From: a virus
Taxonomy: Duplodnaviria; Caudoviricetes
Length of the DNA: 52,443 nucleotides
IMG/VR virus record: IMGVR_UViG_3300023109_002746
Coordinates: 1-52,443 of that record
Strand: one strand, 5' to 3'
A program made the translations under genes and the position numbers. Positions within the stretch are counted from its first letter, which is position 1. Every line of letters begins with the position of its first letter. Of this stretch, positions 44,493-52,443 are shown piece after piece. The notes under the pieces are model-generated. The model searched no databases, had not been told where the DNA came from, and saw nothing but the letters and a program-made list of their open reading frames with translations.

Positions 44493-45194
44493 TTATTTAT
44501 AATTTTTTGCAAAGGAAGAAATAAATTCATAGTTCATAACCGAACTGTGGCCACCAGACCAAATAGTACTATCTCGTAACCATCCCATAGCCGGTGTTGG
44601 GCTAGCAATTTTAAGTGGCACTTGAGTTTGTCTTTGTCCTCGTATAAAGTAAGCATTATCAACACATCCCAAGACACCGCGTCTTGCGATTTCAAGACAT
44701 AAGAATTGAGCAGTTTTACGAGTCATCGCGTAGGCGTGAGCGCCTTCGTGCCCGTCTATATCAATGAGTTCTGTGGGTGGGCCTGCTGCTTCGTGGTCGT
44801 AACGGCCTGGCTCTTTAAGTTTATAGCCGAGGGTTACAATATATCCATCAGGTATTTCAATACTGGGATAGTGAAGCATAATTGCATCATGTTCTAGTAG
44901 AATACCAACGTCTTCATTTCCTTCAGCAATACGTTTCCATATTGCGCCGTGGCCGGCAGAACAGGCATTTGCTTTATGTTGAGGAGCAGGTTTGGGTACG
45001 TATCTTACTGGTTCTTGATATTGAGTACGTAGACCTGTTAACGTCCAAGCCATTTTGCCTGTCATGTTTTGGTATCCGCGGTGATACTCCCAATCTAAAC
45101 CAACTCGATCGCAAGAATCGGAGCATACCTTTGCGCAGTCATTTGAAACTGGATCATTTATCTTAAGGATATAAGCTTTAGCTGATTGGGCCAT
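44493..45194 (-). CDS. glycosyltransferase family 25-like
   Basis: ACSAGH..IWKRI..ILLEHDA..GAHAYAMT..A. Confidence 0.7.
   Translation of the reverse strand: MAQSAKAYILKINDPVSNDCAKVCSDSCDRVGLDWEYHRGYQNMTGKMAWTLTGLRTQYQEPVRYVPKPAPQHKANACSAGHGAIWKRIAEGNEDVGILLEHDAIMLHYPSIEIPDGYIVTLGYKLKEPGRYDHEAAGPPTELIDIDGHEGAHAYAMTRKTAQFLCLEIARRGVLGCVDNAYFIRGQRQTQVPLKIASPTPAMGWLRDSTIWSGGHSSVMNYEFISSFAKNYK
44494..44501 (-). promoter_or_regulatory. T4-type late promoter TATAAATA
   Basis: exact consensus about 50 nt upstream of the 698-aa gene. Confidence 0.75.
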
Positions 45195-45846
45195 TGGTGA
45201 GTCTCTCGTACATCTCAAAGTCTTCTTTAAAGTGTCTACGCAAATCTGTCATAGCGGCATCATCGAATCCTATTTCGTTTTTACGAGATTTACGAATACC
45301 TGACTTGTGTTGTGGTAGAGGATAAGTAACTTCGATTTTACGATCATACAAAAATTGAAATAGTTCTTCTTCGAGATTTTCGTATAACCAATAACGACCG
45401 ACAGGCTGATCACCTATTTTACATAGGCTTGTTTGACGTATAGCTGAGTTTGCTTCGTTTTTAAATACACCGTTACGAGTCCAAGACTTATATTCGTCAA
45501 GGCTAGCAGAAGTTAATGGTGACTTAAACTTTTTAAAGAAGTAGTACATGCTTTTCTGTCGATCGACTGGATTACGCAATAGAGCAAATATGTCGTATTC
45601 TCGAGCCTGCTGTTCTGTAATAATATTCTCGTCAATTAATTGATTTAGCGTAAAATGGTAGAAAGCATAAGGTCTATATTTACCTACGATCGCTTCATTT
45701 AATGTACCAGGCAGTTTACTATCTTCGACTTCAGTATAAATTGCGTTTGGATCATCTACATTACGGATAAAGAAATCTGATAGGCTACTGCTAGCGGTCT
45801 TAGGGGTGCGTAAGAATAGAAATTTATATTTGTGAGACAAATACAT
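45178..45846 (-). CDS. sulfotransferase (Sulfotransfer_2-like)
   Basis: FLRTPKTASSS 5'-PSB loop; LRNPVDRQKSMY 3'-PB motif. Confidence 0.85.
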   Translation of the reverse strand: MYLSHKYKFLFLRTPKTASSSLSDFFIRNVDDPNAIYTEVEDSKLPGTLNEAIVGKYRPYAFYHFTLNQLIDENIITEQQAREYDIFALLRNPVDRQKSMYYFFKKFKSPLTSASLDEYKSWTRNGVFKNEANSAIRQTSLCKIGDQPVGRYWLYENLEEELFQFLYDRKIEVTYPLPQHKSGIRKSRKNEIGFDDAAMTDLRRHFKEDFEMYERLTNGPIS

Positions 45847-46508
45847 TATAAAACTCCATCTGAATATTGTTCACAGAATGCATGCATTCCAGTTGATCCC
45901 CATTTATGGTCAGCATATATTTTATCCGGTCCATTATATCGCTTTGCACCTGCGACATAAAACTGAGGAATGAAATAATGCGAAGGGAATATAGTTAGTT
46001 TTTCTCGCCATGCTGGAACGTGACGAGCTAAAAATTCGTTGCCGGTACTCTTATATGGCTGTATATCTAGTTGCTGAGGCCTAAGCTTGTGTAATTCGTC
46101 TAGCACCATTCGTATAAAAGGATTGCCTGGATTACAACCAAAGATTGGCTGAACAAAGTTTGGTCTGCCCTTTTCATTCTCGAAACAAGTGTAGCAATGG
46201 TCTTCAGGACTTTGTAATAGATCTTCAACGTTGTTTAAGCACACCATATCGGCTTCTGCTATGAACCCACCATTCTCATATAGTAATTCATAACGAATTA
46301 AATCCGATACACCAGGCCAAAGCTTAGCGTTATAATAGGCCTCAATAAGAGATTGATTATACCATCGACGATTCTTAAGCATACTATCAGAGAAAATACT
46401 ATACTCCCAATCAGGGTGCTTATCTCTCCACGTGTACATCCATTTCAACGGAGCCGGCTTGGGCCCAATCCAAATGTGACTCATTTTCTTTTCAATACTT
46501 ACTTCCAT
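45846..46508 (-). CDS. glycosyltransferase family 32 (OCH1-like)
   Basis: KKMSHIWIG, W..KHPDWEY, SDLIRYELLYENGG..ADM, STG, YADHKW. Confidence 0.85.
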   Translation of the reverse strand: MEVSIEKKMSHIWIGPKPAPLKWMYTWRDKHPDWEYSIFSDSMLKNRRWYNQSLIEAYYNAKLWPGVSDLIRYELLYENGGFIAEADMVCLNNVEDLLQSPEDHCYTCFENEKGRPNFVQPIFGCNPGNPFIRMVLDELHKLRPQQLDIQPYKSTGNEFLARHVPAWREKLTIFPSHYFIPQFYVAGAKRYNGPDKIYADHKWGSTGMHAFCEQYSDGVL

Positions 46509-47104
46509 TATTTCGCCCTAAACGGTGGATCAAGATCGCCTTCAATCCATGTATTAAATGCACAACAAAAACGCTTTACATCAGTTTGAGATCGATTCAC
46601 TCCATGCAGTGTCTTAGATGGGAATAACAATATCATTCCATCGGTTGGCTCTACCTCAATAATCCTAGTGTTAATATCATTATCTGAAAATTCAAAATCA
46701 AGTATATCACCGAAAAGATTCTTTTCACGAAAGAAGCATATATTACCACAGTCCTTATAAGTCTGTAAATATAGTACTCCTGATATAATACTATTAGGAT
46801 GCCAATGCATGCCAGATTTATCATCTCGACCGTGCTTCATTACCCAGCTGTCAGTGATCCTAAGCTTATGTCTTCGAGACATGCCTAAACTATTATGAGC
46901 ATAGTCCTCAATACGAGATTGAACTTCATCTTTAAGGAACGCTAAATCATTATCTAATATTTTATAGTTAGATGAATGCCAACGATCTTTAGTATCAATA
47001 CGTTTAAAATCAATATCCGACAAGATAGGATTCAAAACGTTTTTGTCAATTCGAATCCTATCTTTATATATCGGCGTTGAAAAGGCTGGGTGTATCTTAT
47101 TCAC
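46508..47104 (-). CDS. 2OG-Fe(II) oxygenase-like protein (TIGR02466-like)
   Basis: FSTPIY, DSWV, HWHPNSIISGVLYL, LLFPSKTLHGV, R.CCAFN. Confidence 0.85.
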   Translation of the reverse strand: MNKIHPAFSTPIYKDRIRIDKNVLNPILSDIDFKRIDTKDRWHSSNYKILDNDLAFLKDEVQSRIEDYAHNSLGMSRRHKLRITDSWVMKHGRDDKSGMHWHPNSIISGVLYLQTYKDCGNICFFREKNLFGDILDFEFSDNDINTRIIEVEPTDGMILLFPSKTLHGVNRSQTDVKRFCCAFNTWIEGDLDPPFRAK

Positions 47105-48246
47105 TATTGTTGCAACAGGTCTGCTATTCTTTCTGCTAACCTTGAGAACCACGCTTCATCATGGCCTCTCGTTGTTTCAGCAGCCGTACCAATACGAATA
47201 CCACTTGTTTCAATAAAGGAACGAGGATCGTTTGGTACTCCATTTTTGTTTACGGTGATACCATTCTCTTCTAGTAAGTCTGCAAACTGCCTACCACTAT
47301 ATTTGCTCTCACGCAAATCCATTAAGATAATATGTGAGTCAGTACCACTTGTTTGTACAGGTATATCACGTTCTTCAAACACCGCGCACATAGCCTGAGC
47401 ATTTTTAATTACGTTTTCAGCATAATCAAAAAACTCTTTAGTGTCTGCCTCAAGGAATGCTTGTGCTTTAGCCGCAACAACATTCATCAATGGTCCACCT
47501 TGAGTGCCTGGGAAGATAGCTGAGTTAATCTTCTTACTATACTTCTCTTCGTTCCACATGATGATTCCACCACGAGGTCCACGTAGAGTTTTATGAGTTG
47601 TAGAAGTAACTACATCAGCATAAGGTACAGGATTATCGTAAGCACCACCAGCAACAAGCCCAGCGTAGTGAGCCATGTCAACCATTAGTATTGCATCTAC
47701 CGAGTCAGCAATCTCACGGAATCTTTTCCATCGAAGTTGACGTGGGTACGCGGACGCTCCCGCGATGATAATCTTAGGTCGATGCTCATGTGCTAGCCTT
47801 TCGACTTCTTTCATACTAATCCAACCACAAGTATCAACACCATAACTAACACAGTTATAGAGTTTGCCTGAGATATTTACAGGTGCTCCGTGGGATAGAT
47901 GACCGCCACTAGCAAGATCCATACCAAGGATTGTATCGCCGGGCTTAAGGAACGCTTGGAATACAGCGGTGTTTGCGTTTGCGCCTGAGTGAGGCTGAAC
48001 ATTTGCGTATCCGCACTCAAACAAATCTCTGAGCTTTTGTATTGCAAGCAATTCGATTTCGTCCATGTGGTCACAACCATTATAGTAACGCTTGCCGGGA
48101 TAACCTTCTGCGTACTTATTGGTAAACTCAGAACCACATAACTTCATGACCGCGTCAGATGCAAAGTTTTCTGAAGCAATCAACTCAATCGTCGTTTGTT
48201 GACGCTGGAGTTCTCGTTGGTAAATTTTATCTACTTCAATGTGCAT
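47104..48246 (-). CDS. glyA: serine hydroxymethyltransferase
   Basis: ELIASENF, NKYAEGYPGKRYY, NVQPHSGA, GGHLSHG, DMAH, STTHKTLRGPRGG, FPGTQGGP, SGIRIGT. Confidence 0.97.
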   Translation of the reverse strand: MHIEVDKIYQRELQRQQTTIELIASENFASDAVMKLCGSEFTNKYAEGYPGKRYYNGCDHMDEIELLAIQKLRDLFECGYANVQPHSGANANTAVFQAFLKPGDTILGMDLASGGHLSHGAPVNISGKLYNCVSYGVDTCGWISMKEVERLAHEHRPKIIIAGASAYPRQLRWKRFREIADSVDAILMVDMAHYAGLVAGGAYDNPVPYADVVTSTTHKTLRGPRGGIIMWNEEKYSKKINSAIFPGTQGGPLMNVVAAKAQAFLEADTKEFFDYAENVIKNAQAMCAVFEERDIPVQTSGTDSHIILMDLRESKYSGRQFADLLEENGITVNKNGVPNDPRSFIETSGIRIGTAAETTRGHDEAWFSRLAERIADLLQQ

Positions 48247-48256
48247 GTTTTTCTCA

Positions 48257-48811
48257 CTATAAGATTAAAGAAAGGTCCATTCGACCCAATATGTGATCAT
48301 AAGCAGCCGATGCATTATCTGGACCTTCTATTTGTTTATAAGGAATTCCAAGAGTTTGGAATTGTTTTAATATATCTAGATCAATCTGTACACTTTGTAC
48401 TTCGTCTTGTGCACGACCATCAACTTCAAAGTTTTCACGAGCTCGAGAGAGCATAAAGTTAATGTTATCATACTTATTATAACACTCTAAAGCAAGCTTG
48501 TCAATAAGATCTGTATATAATGGGTCACCATAAGCTTCCCTATAGATTGGACTCAGCAGGACTGGTGAGTCTGTAATGATATAATCTACCTTATCAGCTA
48601 ACCTCAATATCTTACGATGTTGGTGAGCTAATATCCAAAGTTGATCTGCCAGCATTGGGATATTTTCTTCCCATACACATTCTTTAGCAAACTCATCTGT
48701 GAGTTCTACTTTATAACCTGCTAACTTCATCTTATAAAACAAACCAGCAGCTGCTGTACTCTTACCCGAGCAGGGTCCACCATAAAAATTAATCACACGA
48801 GTTTTTTTCAT
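48257..48811 (-). CDS. P-loop NTPase/kinase (AAA_28/NadR-like)
   Basis: INFYGGPCSGKST..EFAKE..IITDSPVLLS. Confidence 0.8.
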   Translation of the reverse strand: MKKTRVINFYGGPCSGKSTAAAGLFYKMKLAGYKVELTDEFAKECVWEENIPMLADQLWILAHQHRKILRLADKVDYIITDSPVLLSPIYREAYGDPLYTDLIDKLALECYNKYDNINFMLSRARENFEVDGRAQDEVQSVQIDLDILKQFQTLGIPYKQIEGPDNASAAYDHILGRMDLSLIL

Positions 48812-48827
48812 ATTATAAAAATTCCTT

Positions 48828-49394
48828 TTACGTCTTTTCAACTAACCAAAGAAAGTCATCCTCTACCTTCCAAGAGTTCGGACCAAAAAACTCAGTTACT
48901 GCTTGTTCAACAGTTGGGAAGTGAATATCATGTCCGATAATCATTCCACCCTTACGTACTTTTGGCGCCCATGCTTGAATGTCTCGAAGACATCCTTCAT
49001 ATCCATGATCTGCATCGATGAATACAAAATCTAGACTTTCATCTGGAACTTGCTTGGCAGCTTCGGTTGTGTAATCTTTGATGATTTCCGCTCGGCCGGG
49101 ATAGCCTTGACAGAACCGTACCAAATCTTGATAGTAATGTTCATGATCCCACGAGTGGCCGTTTTCACCAGAAGTCCACTTTTCAGGTCCATTATTTTCT
49201 GGTTGAGGTGCGTATAGATCTACACCAATAAGATGTAGTCTATGGCATGTTTTAACGAGGTGTTTAAAGGTTTCGCCTAACCATACGCCGAGTTCAGCGC
49301 CTTTAGTCCAACCATTTTTACGAACGTATTTTTCGAGGGTGTTCCATCGATAGATGTTACCTCCATCATGACCTCGGTCACGTATTCGTCCCAT
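48828..49394 (-). CDS. SAM-dependent methyltransferase (Methyltransf_24-like)
   Basis: GAELGVWLG, DFVFIDADHGYE, W.PKVRKGG..GHD. Confidence 0.88.
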   Translation of the reverse strand: MGRIRDRGHDGGNIYRWNTLEKYVRKNGWTKGAELGVWLGETFKHLVKTCHRLHLIGVDLYAPQPENNGPEKWTSGENGHSWDHEHYYQDLVRFCQGYPGRAEIIKDYTTEAAKQVPDESLDFVFIDADHGYEGCLRDIQAWAPKVRKGGMIIGHDIHFPTVEQAVTEFFGPNSWKVEDDFLWLVEKT

Positions 49395-49468
49395 ATTTGT
49401 CTCCTTTTGTCGCTTTCATATATTTGCCGCACTCGCTAGAGTGAGAACTGTGTCAAAATTCAAATAGT

Positions 49469-49497
49469 ATTATATAACATTGTGGGCTGAATGTCAA
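49469..49497 (-). promoter_or_regulatory. class B sigma70 promoter
   Basis: TTGACA-N17-TATAAT. Confidence 0.85.
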
Positions 49498-49532
49498 CCA
49501 AAGATCAAGGGAAACATAATATAAATTTGAAG

Positions 49533-49772
49533 TTATGGTACTCCGTTGGCGTTTAATTGGTCGTAGAAGTTCTTATTTAATTCGCCTCGTAAAACAGTCT
49601 CACCTGTTTTTCTACAACTAACGTATGTCAGTTGAACCGCGCCGGATGGTGGAGTATATGATCGTACACCGGCTGAATAAGTTCCATTAGCATCTGGATA
49701 AGTGTCTGCTGCTGTGGCGACATTATCATATTGCCATATTCCATTGCTTCCTGGTACTGATACAAATGCCAT
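49533..49772 (-). CDS. small hypothetical protein
   Basis: MAFVSVPGSNGIWQYDN...; TAATG coupling with the upstream gene. Confidence 0.65.
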   Translation of the reverse strand: MAFVSVPGSNGIWQYDNVATAADTYPDANGTYSAGVRSYTPPSGAVQLTYVSCRKTGETVLRGELNKNFYDQLNANGVP

Positions 49773-51007
49773 TATTTTTGCCATCCTTTAATGTATTCTG
49801 TGCTAAAGTTTGCCTTGCTGAACTCTAATCTATCGACTAGTTTCAGAGCACCCTTGCCGATGTGGTCAATAGCAACAAAGCCTTCCTGACCTGTTACTTC
49901 AAATCCGTTCTTCGTTTTAAGTAAAGTACGAAGACCATCTACATGATTTAGCTTTTCGATAACCAGCATCTTGCAGTCAACTAAGAGGTTATACATCTCG
50001 AACACCTTTTCAATATCTTTAATATTACGAGGAGTAAAGATCTTAAGTGCAGTGTCAGCCATAGCGAGTTTCTTATCTTTAGTCGCTTGTTGCTTAACCT
50101 TATCTGCTTCCTTTTGAAAGTATTCACGAGTATGTGCTTGTAAGCCGACGACGAATGCTTTTGTATCTGTAATACGCTCACCATCACGGACTTTTAAATT
50201 GATATAACGATTAGTTCGCTCATTCAGTGTTTTGTTATTAGCAAACTCGTTAAGTATAGGAGCCTTAGTACGTTGGAAAAGTGTACCGGCTTTTGATAGG
50301 ATGTCTGTAATCTTTTTGGTTTCTGCTTTTGTAAATGTAGCATTACCGGATCGATCTTCGAATACTGCGTCTACATGCCAGACCGACGAGACTTGGGTGA
50401 GCTTAGTTGAGATTCTCTCTCCAAAACTTGCCGACATTGATTCAAGATCTGGTCCTGAGTATGTTGTGTGCCAAACCACACCGATTTTGGATCCTGTAAT
50501 TTTCTTTCCGAGTCCGCTGTTTTTTGGTACCGCATAAACAATGGTATTAGGATGGAAAGTAATATGCGCTTCTCCATCAATAGTTTCTTCTTTAATATCG
50601 TCATCCGTATAGAGGAAATCACCTTGAACTACTCCTGTTATTCCGAGCTTACCGAACTCGGCCAGAGCAACTTTGAATTTGTCATTCAGTTCGCCACTCA
50701 AATCATTATCAATATCTGCATTTGTCTTATACAGCTTTGGGCTCTTGTTGAATACACCTTTCTTTGCAACAAAGAACTTACCATCGCCGGGATCGATACC
50801 AGCAAAGATTGCCGGTGCACCATCCCACTTTACTGATACACTTACAGGAGCCGAAGCATTACCTGCTAACATGTCGCGTAAAGCACGAAGGTAATTAAAT
50901 ACATTACGTGTACCTTTAACTCCTCCATCGATAACTGCATCTTCAAGGTGAGTCATGTGCAGGTTTTTACCTGCTGCTTCTTCGAGGTACTGGCTAAATC
51001 TTATCAT
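49772..51007 (-). CDS. conserved T4-like protein (DUF6267-like) with ligase-type KxDG motif
   Basis: MIRFSQYLEE|AAGKNLHMTHLED; SVKWDGAPA, VQGDF, EGFVA, KLVDRLEFS. Confidence 0.75.
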   Translation of the reverse strand: MIRFSQYLEEAAGKNLHMTHLEDAVIDGGVKGTRNVFNYLRALRDMLAGNASAPVSVSVKWDGAPAIFAGIDPGDGKFFVAKKGVFNKSPKLYKTNADIDNDLSGELNDKFKVALAEFGKLGITGVVQGDFLYTDDDIKEETIDGEAHITFHPNTIVYAVPKNSGLGKKITGSKIGVVWHTTYSGPDLESMSASFGERISTKLTQVSSVWHVDAVFEDRSGNATFTKAETKKITDILSKAGTLFQRTKAPILNEFANNKTLNERTNRYINLKVRDGERITDTKAFVVGLQAHTREYFQKEADKVKQQATKDKKLAMADTALKIFTPRNIKDIEKVFEMYNLLVDCKMLVIEKLNHVDGLRTLLKTKNGFEVTGQEGFVAIDHIGKGALKLVDRLEFSKANFSTEYIKGWQK

Positions 51008-51993
51008 ATTAGTTTGCTCGTTTTTGCTGCTTTGGCTGCTGGGAAAACTCCGATTCGAGCGTTCTCAATAAATTCACCAGCGACTCGAGCTCCTCGATCG
51101 CCAGTATATCGTGCGTAATAAATTGGTTCATAACCACCACTATCTAATATACTACCATTACTACCTTTATGTGATGAAATGATTTCGTATGTAGCATTAC
51201 CAGGAAGCTTCTTAAGTTTAAGAGTACCTTGATGGAATTCGTCTACGTTTTCAGCAGCAGGTTCGCCACCAAATGCTGTGCCGTATACTGACATATTAAT
51301 AATTGAAACATCTTTACATGGCCGATAAGCTGAGTTACCACGCTCTAATCCGTTTGGATATAGCTTCTTGAGGTCCATAACAAATTGTTTTACGTCAGGA
51401 TTCTCTGAGAATGCACTATCGCTCAATCCACCATATTGCTGGAATTGGCTGGGCTTGGTACCTGCTTTATGAGATAACCAAGCAACCTCTTCACCTGTAG
51501 CATTAACAATTGAGAAATCGGACTTAGGAGCTCGTCGACCCCTTTGAGGAGTTGAAATGATACCAGCACACTCAACGGTACGACCATTGATTTGTAGATT
51601 AATGATGGGCTGATTCTCAGTTGCAAAGACTTTTTCTAATACTTTAGTAAAGTTTTTGAGATAAGCATCCTCAGCTGCAGTACCGGCACCAGCACCTTTA
51701 CCACCAAACTCAGGCGTCTTTAAAAACTCTTTTGAGTAATTGACTCGAACGGGTCTCTTATTCTTGGTGTCAGTTCCAGTAAAGGTATCACGATATCCTC
51801 GCTTCTCCATACCTTTTTCGATATCATCTAAATGACCTCGGTCTAAAACGACAGCGCCCTTCTTAGTCAAGAAGGGTTCACCGTCTTTAACCTTTTGCAC
51901 AAAGACTTGGGTCCGTGCACCACCACGTTTGGTAAGGTCAGAGTGTTTTAGATCAACATAGAGTTCATTAAGAAATTGCTTAAAGCTTAACAT
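51004..51993 (-). CDS. putative PD-(D/E)XK-fold nuclease with capsid-targeting-like N-terminus
   Basis: MLSFKQFLNE; KTPEFGG..AAED; PKSDF..WLSHK..FQQYGG. Confidence 0.6.
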   Translation of the reverse strand: MLSFKQFLNELYVDLKHSDLTKRGGARTQVFVQKVKDGEPFLTKKGAVVLDRGHLDDIEKGMEKRGYRDTFTGTDTKNKRPVRVNYSKEFLKTPEFGGKGAGAGTAAEDAYLKNFTKVLEKVFATENQPIINLQINGRTVECAGIISTPQRGRRAPKSDFSIVNATGEEVAWLSHKAGTKPSQFQQYGGLSDSAFSENPDVKQFVMDLKKLYPNGLERGNSAYRPCKDVSIINMSVYGTAFGGEPAAENVDEFHQGTLKLKKLPGNATYEIISSHKGSNGSILDSGGYEPIYYARYTGDRGARVAGEFIENARIGVFPAAKAAKTSKLI

Positions 51994-52028
51994 TGATGTC
52001 CCTATTATTATATAATAACTGTTTTAGC

Positions 52029-52036
52029 TATTTATA
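52029..52036 (-). promoter_or_regulatory. T4-type late promoter TATAAATA
   Basis: exact consensus between the helicase stop and the next gene. Confidence 0.75.
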
Positions 52037-52037
52037 A

Positions 52038-52443
52038 TTAATTGATTTGTACATCATCAAACACAGGCCGCTTTTTCTTATTGAGTCTCATGCCAATGTC
52101 AGTCTTGTCAAACACCGGACCACTGTCCTGATTTGAATTAGCACCTCCACTGGAACCTCCACCGTCGAGATTAATATTCTTCTGAGCGGATTCTTCGAGT
52201 TCATAGATCTTCATCTTAGCTCGTTCAATACCAACCAAGAATCGACGATAGTAACCAAGGTCACTCCAACGATTTTTAAGTTGTTTGATCATAAGTTGAC
52301 CGAGTTCGTCCAAAGCTTCAGATGTTACAAGACCAAGAATACAGTCAGCAGTATGAGTAATACCCATAGATTCAGATGTATTAGTAAGGTCAACATCAGA
52401 GTTGCCATAACCATCACGGTTAAACTGAGATGATGTTACAAGA
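52038..52443 (-). CDS. T4-like replicative helicase gp41, C-terminal part (partial)
   Basis: TSSQFNRDGYGNSDVDLTNTSESMGITHTAD..QLMIKQLKNR..RFLVGIERAKMKIY. Confidence 0.9.
   Translation of the reverse strand, partial: LVTSSQFNRDGYGNSDVDLTNTSESMGITHTADCILGLVTSEALDELGQLMIKQLKNRWSDLGYYRRFLVGIERAKMKIYELEESAQKNINLDGGGSSGGANSNQDSGPVFDKTDIGMRLNKKKRPVFDDVQIN

Noticed and set aside
20743-48246. Bacterial chromosome or host contamination, given glyA, hemA, iscU, iscA and groES
   Set aside because: These genes are interleaved and translationally coupled with T4-like core genes on one strand under phage-type promoters, with no bacterial operon context
437-50894. All plus-strand ORFs in the track and short alternative-frame minus ORFs (for example 13315-13518, 23022-23366, 39893-40138)
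   Set aside because: They are antisense or out-of-frame shadows of well-supported minus-strand genes, with no recognisable motifs, promoters or RBSs
1-52443. tRNA genes, introns/inteins, homing endonucleases or stop-codon recoding
   Set aside because: No cloverleaf was seen in the short intergenic gaps; nrdA, nrdB, thyX and primase are uninterrupted; genes tile densely in the standard code. This was checked by eye only, so tRNAscan/Infernal would be decisive

Overview
This 52.4 kb window is part of a large T4-like (Tevenvirinae/Kyanoviridae-style) myophage genome, probably aquatic, infecting a Gram-negative host. ISC-type IscU/IscA, two-component spanins and sigma70 promoters suggest a proteobacterial, possibly gammaproteobacterial, host (inference). 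Every credible gene is on the minus strand. Replication and nucleotide genes include gp41 helicase (partial), gp61 primase, RNase H, a RuvC-like resolvase, a PD-(D/E)XK exonuclease, dNMP kinase, NrdA, a Grx-NrdB fusion and ThyX. Lysis genes are a lysozyme, i-/o-spanins and a cell-wall hydrolase. Auxiliary genes include PhoH, IscA, IscU, 5-aminolevulinate synthase, GlyA, GroES, a ClpP-like protease, YbaN, an HD/(p)ppGpp-hydrolase-like protein, two 2OG-Fe(II) oxygenases and glycosyl-, sulfo- and methyltransferases. Four unexplained structures stand out. (1) About ten late proteins begin with a T4 internal-protein-like capsid-targeting N-terminus and are built from basic modules separated by (I/L/V)xE prohead-protease-like sites, with modules shared between genes; this looks like a virion-packaged polyprotein cargo system. 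(2) An operon of five signal-peptide proteins includes pilin-like and chaperone-like members but no usher. (3) There are two classes of sigma70 promoter; the TGTACA class always carries a helically phased upstream dyad operator. (4) GlyA, ThyX and ALAS could form one metabolic circuit. No tRNA, rRNA, CRISPR array, integrase or transposase was recognised. Family assignments come from motif recognition by eye, not database searches.
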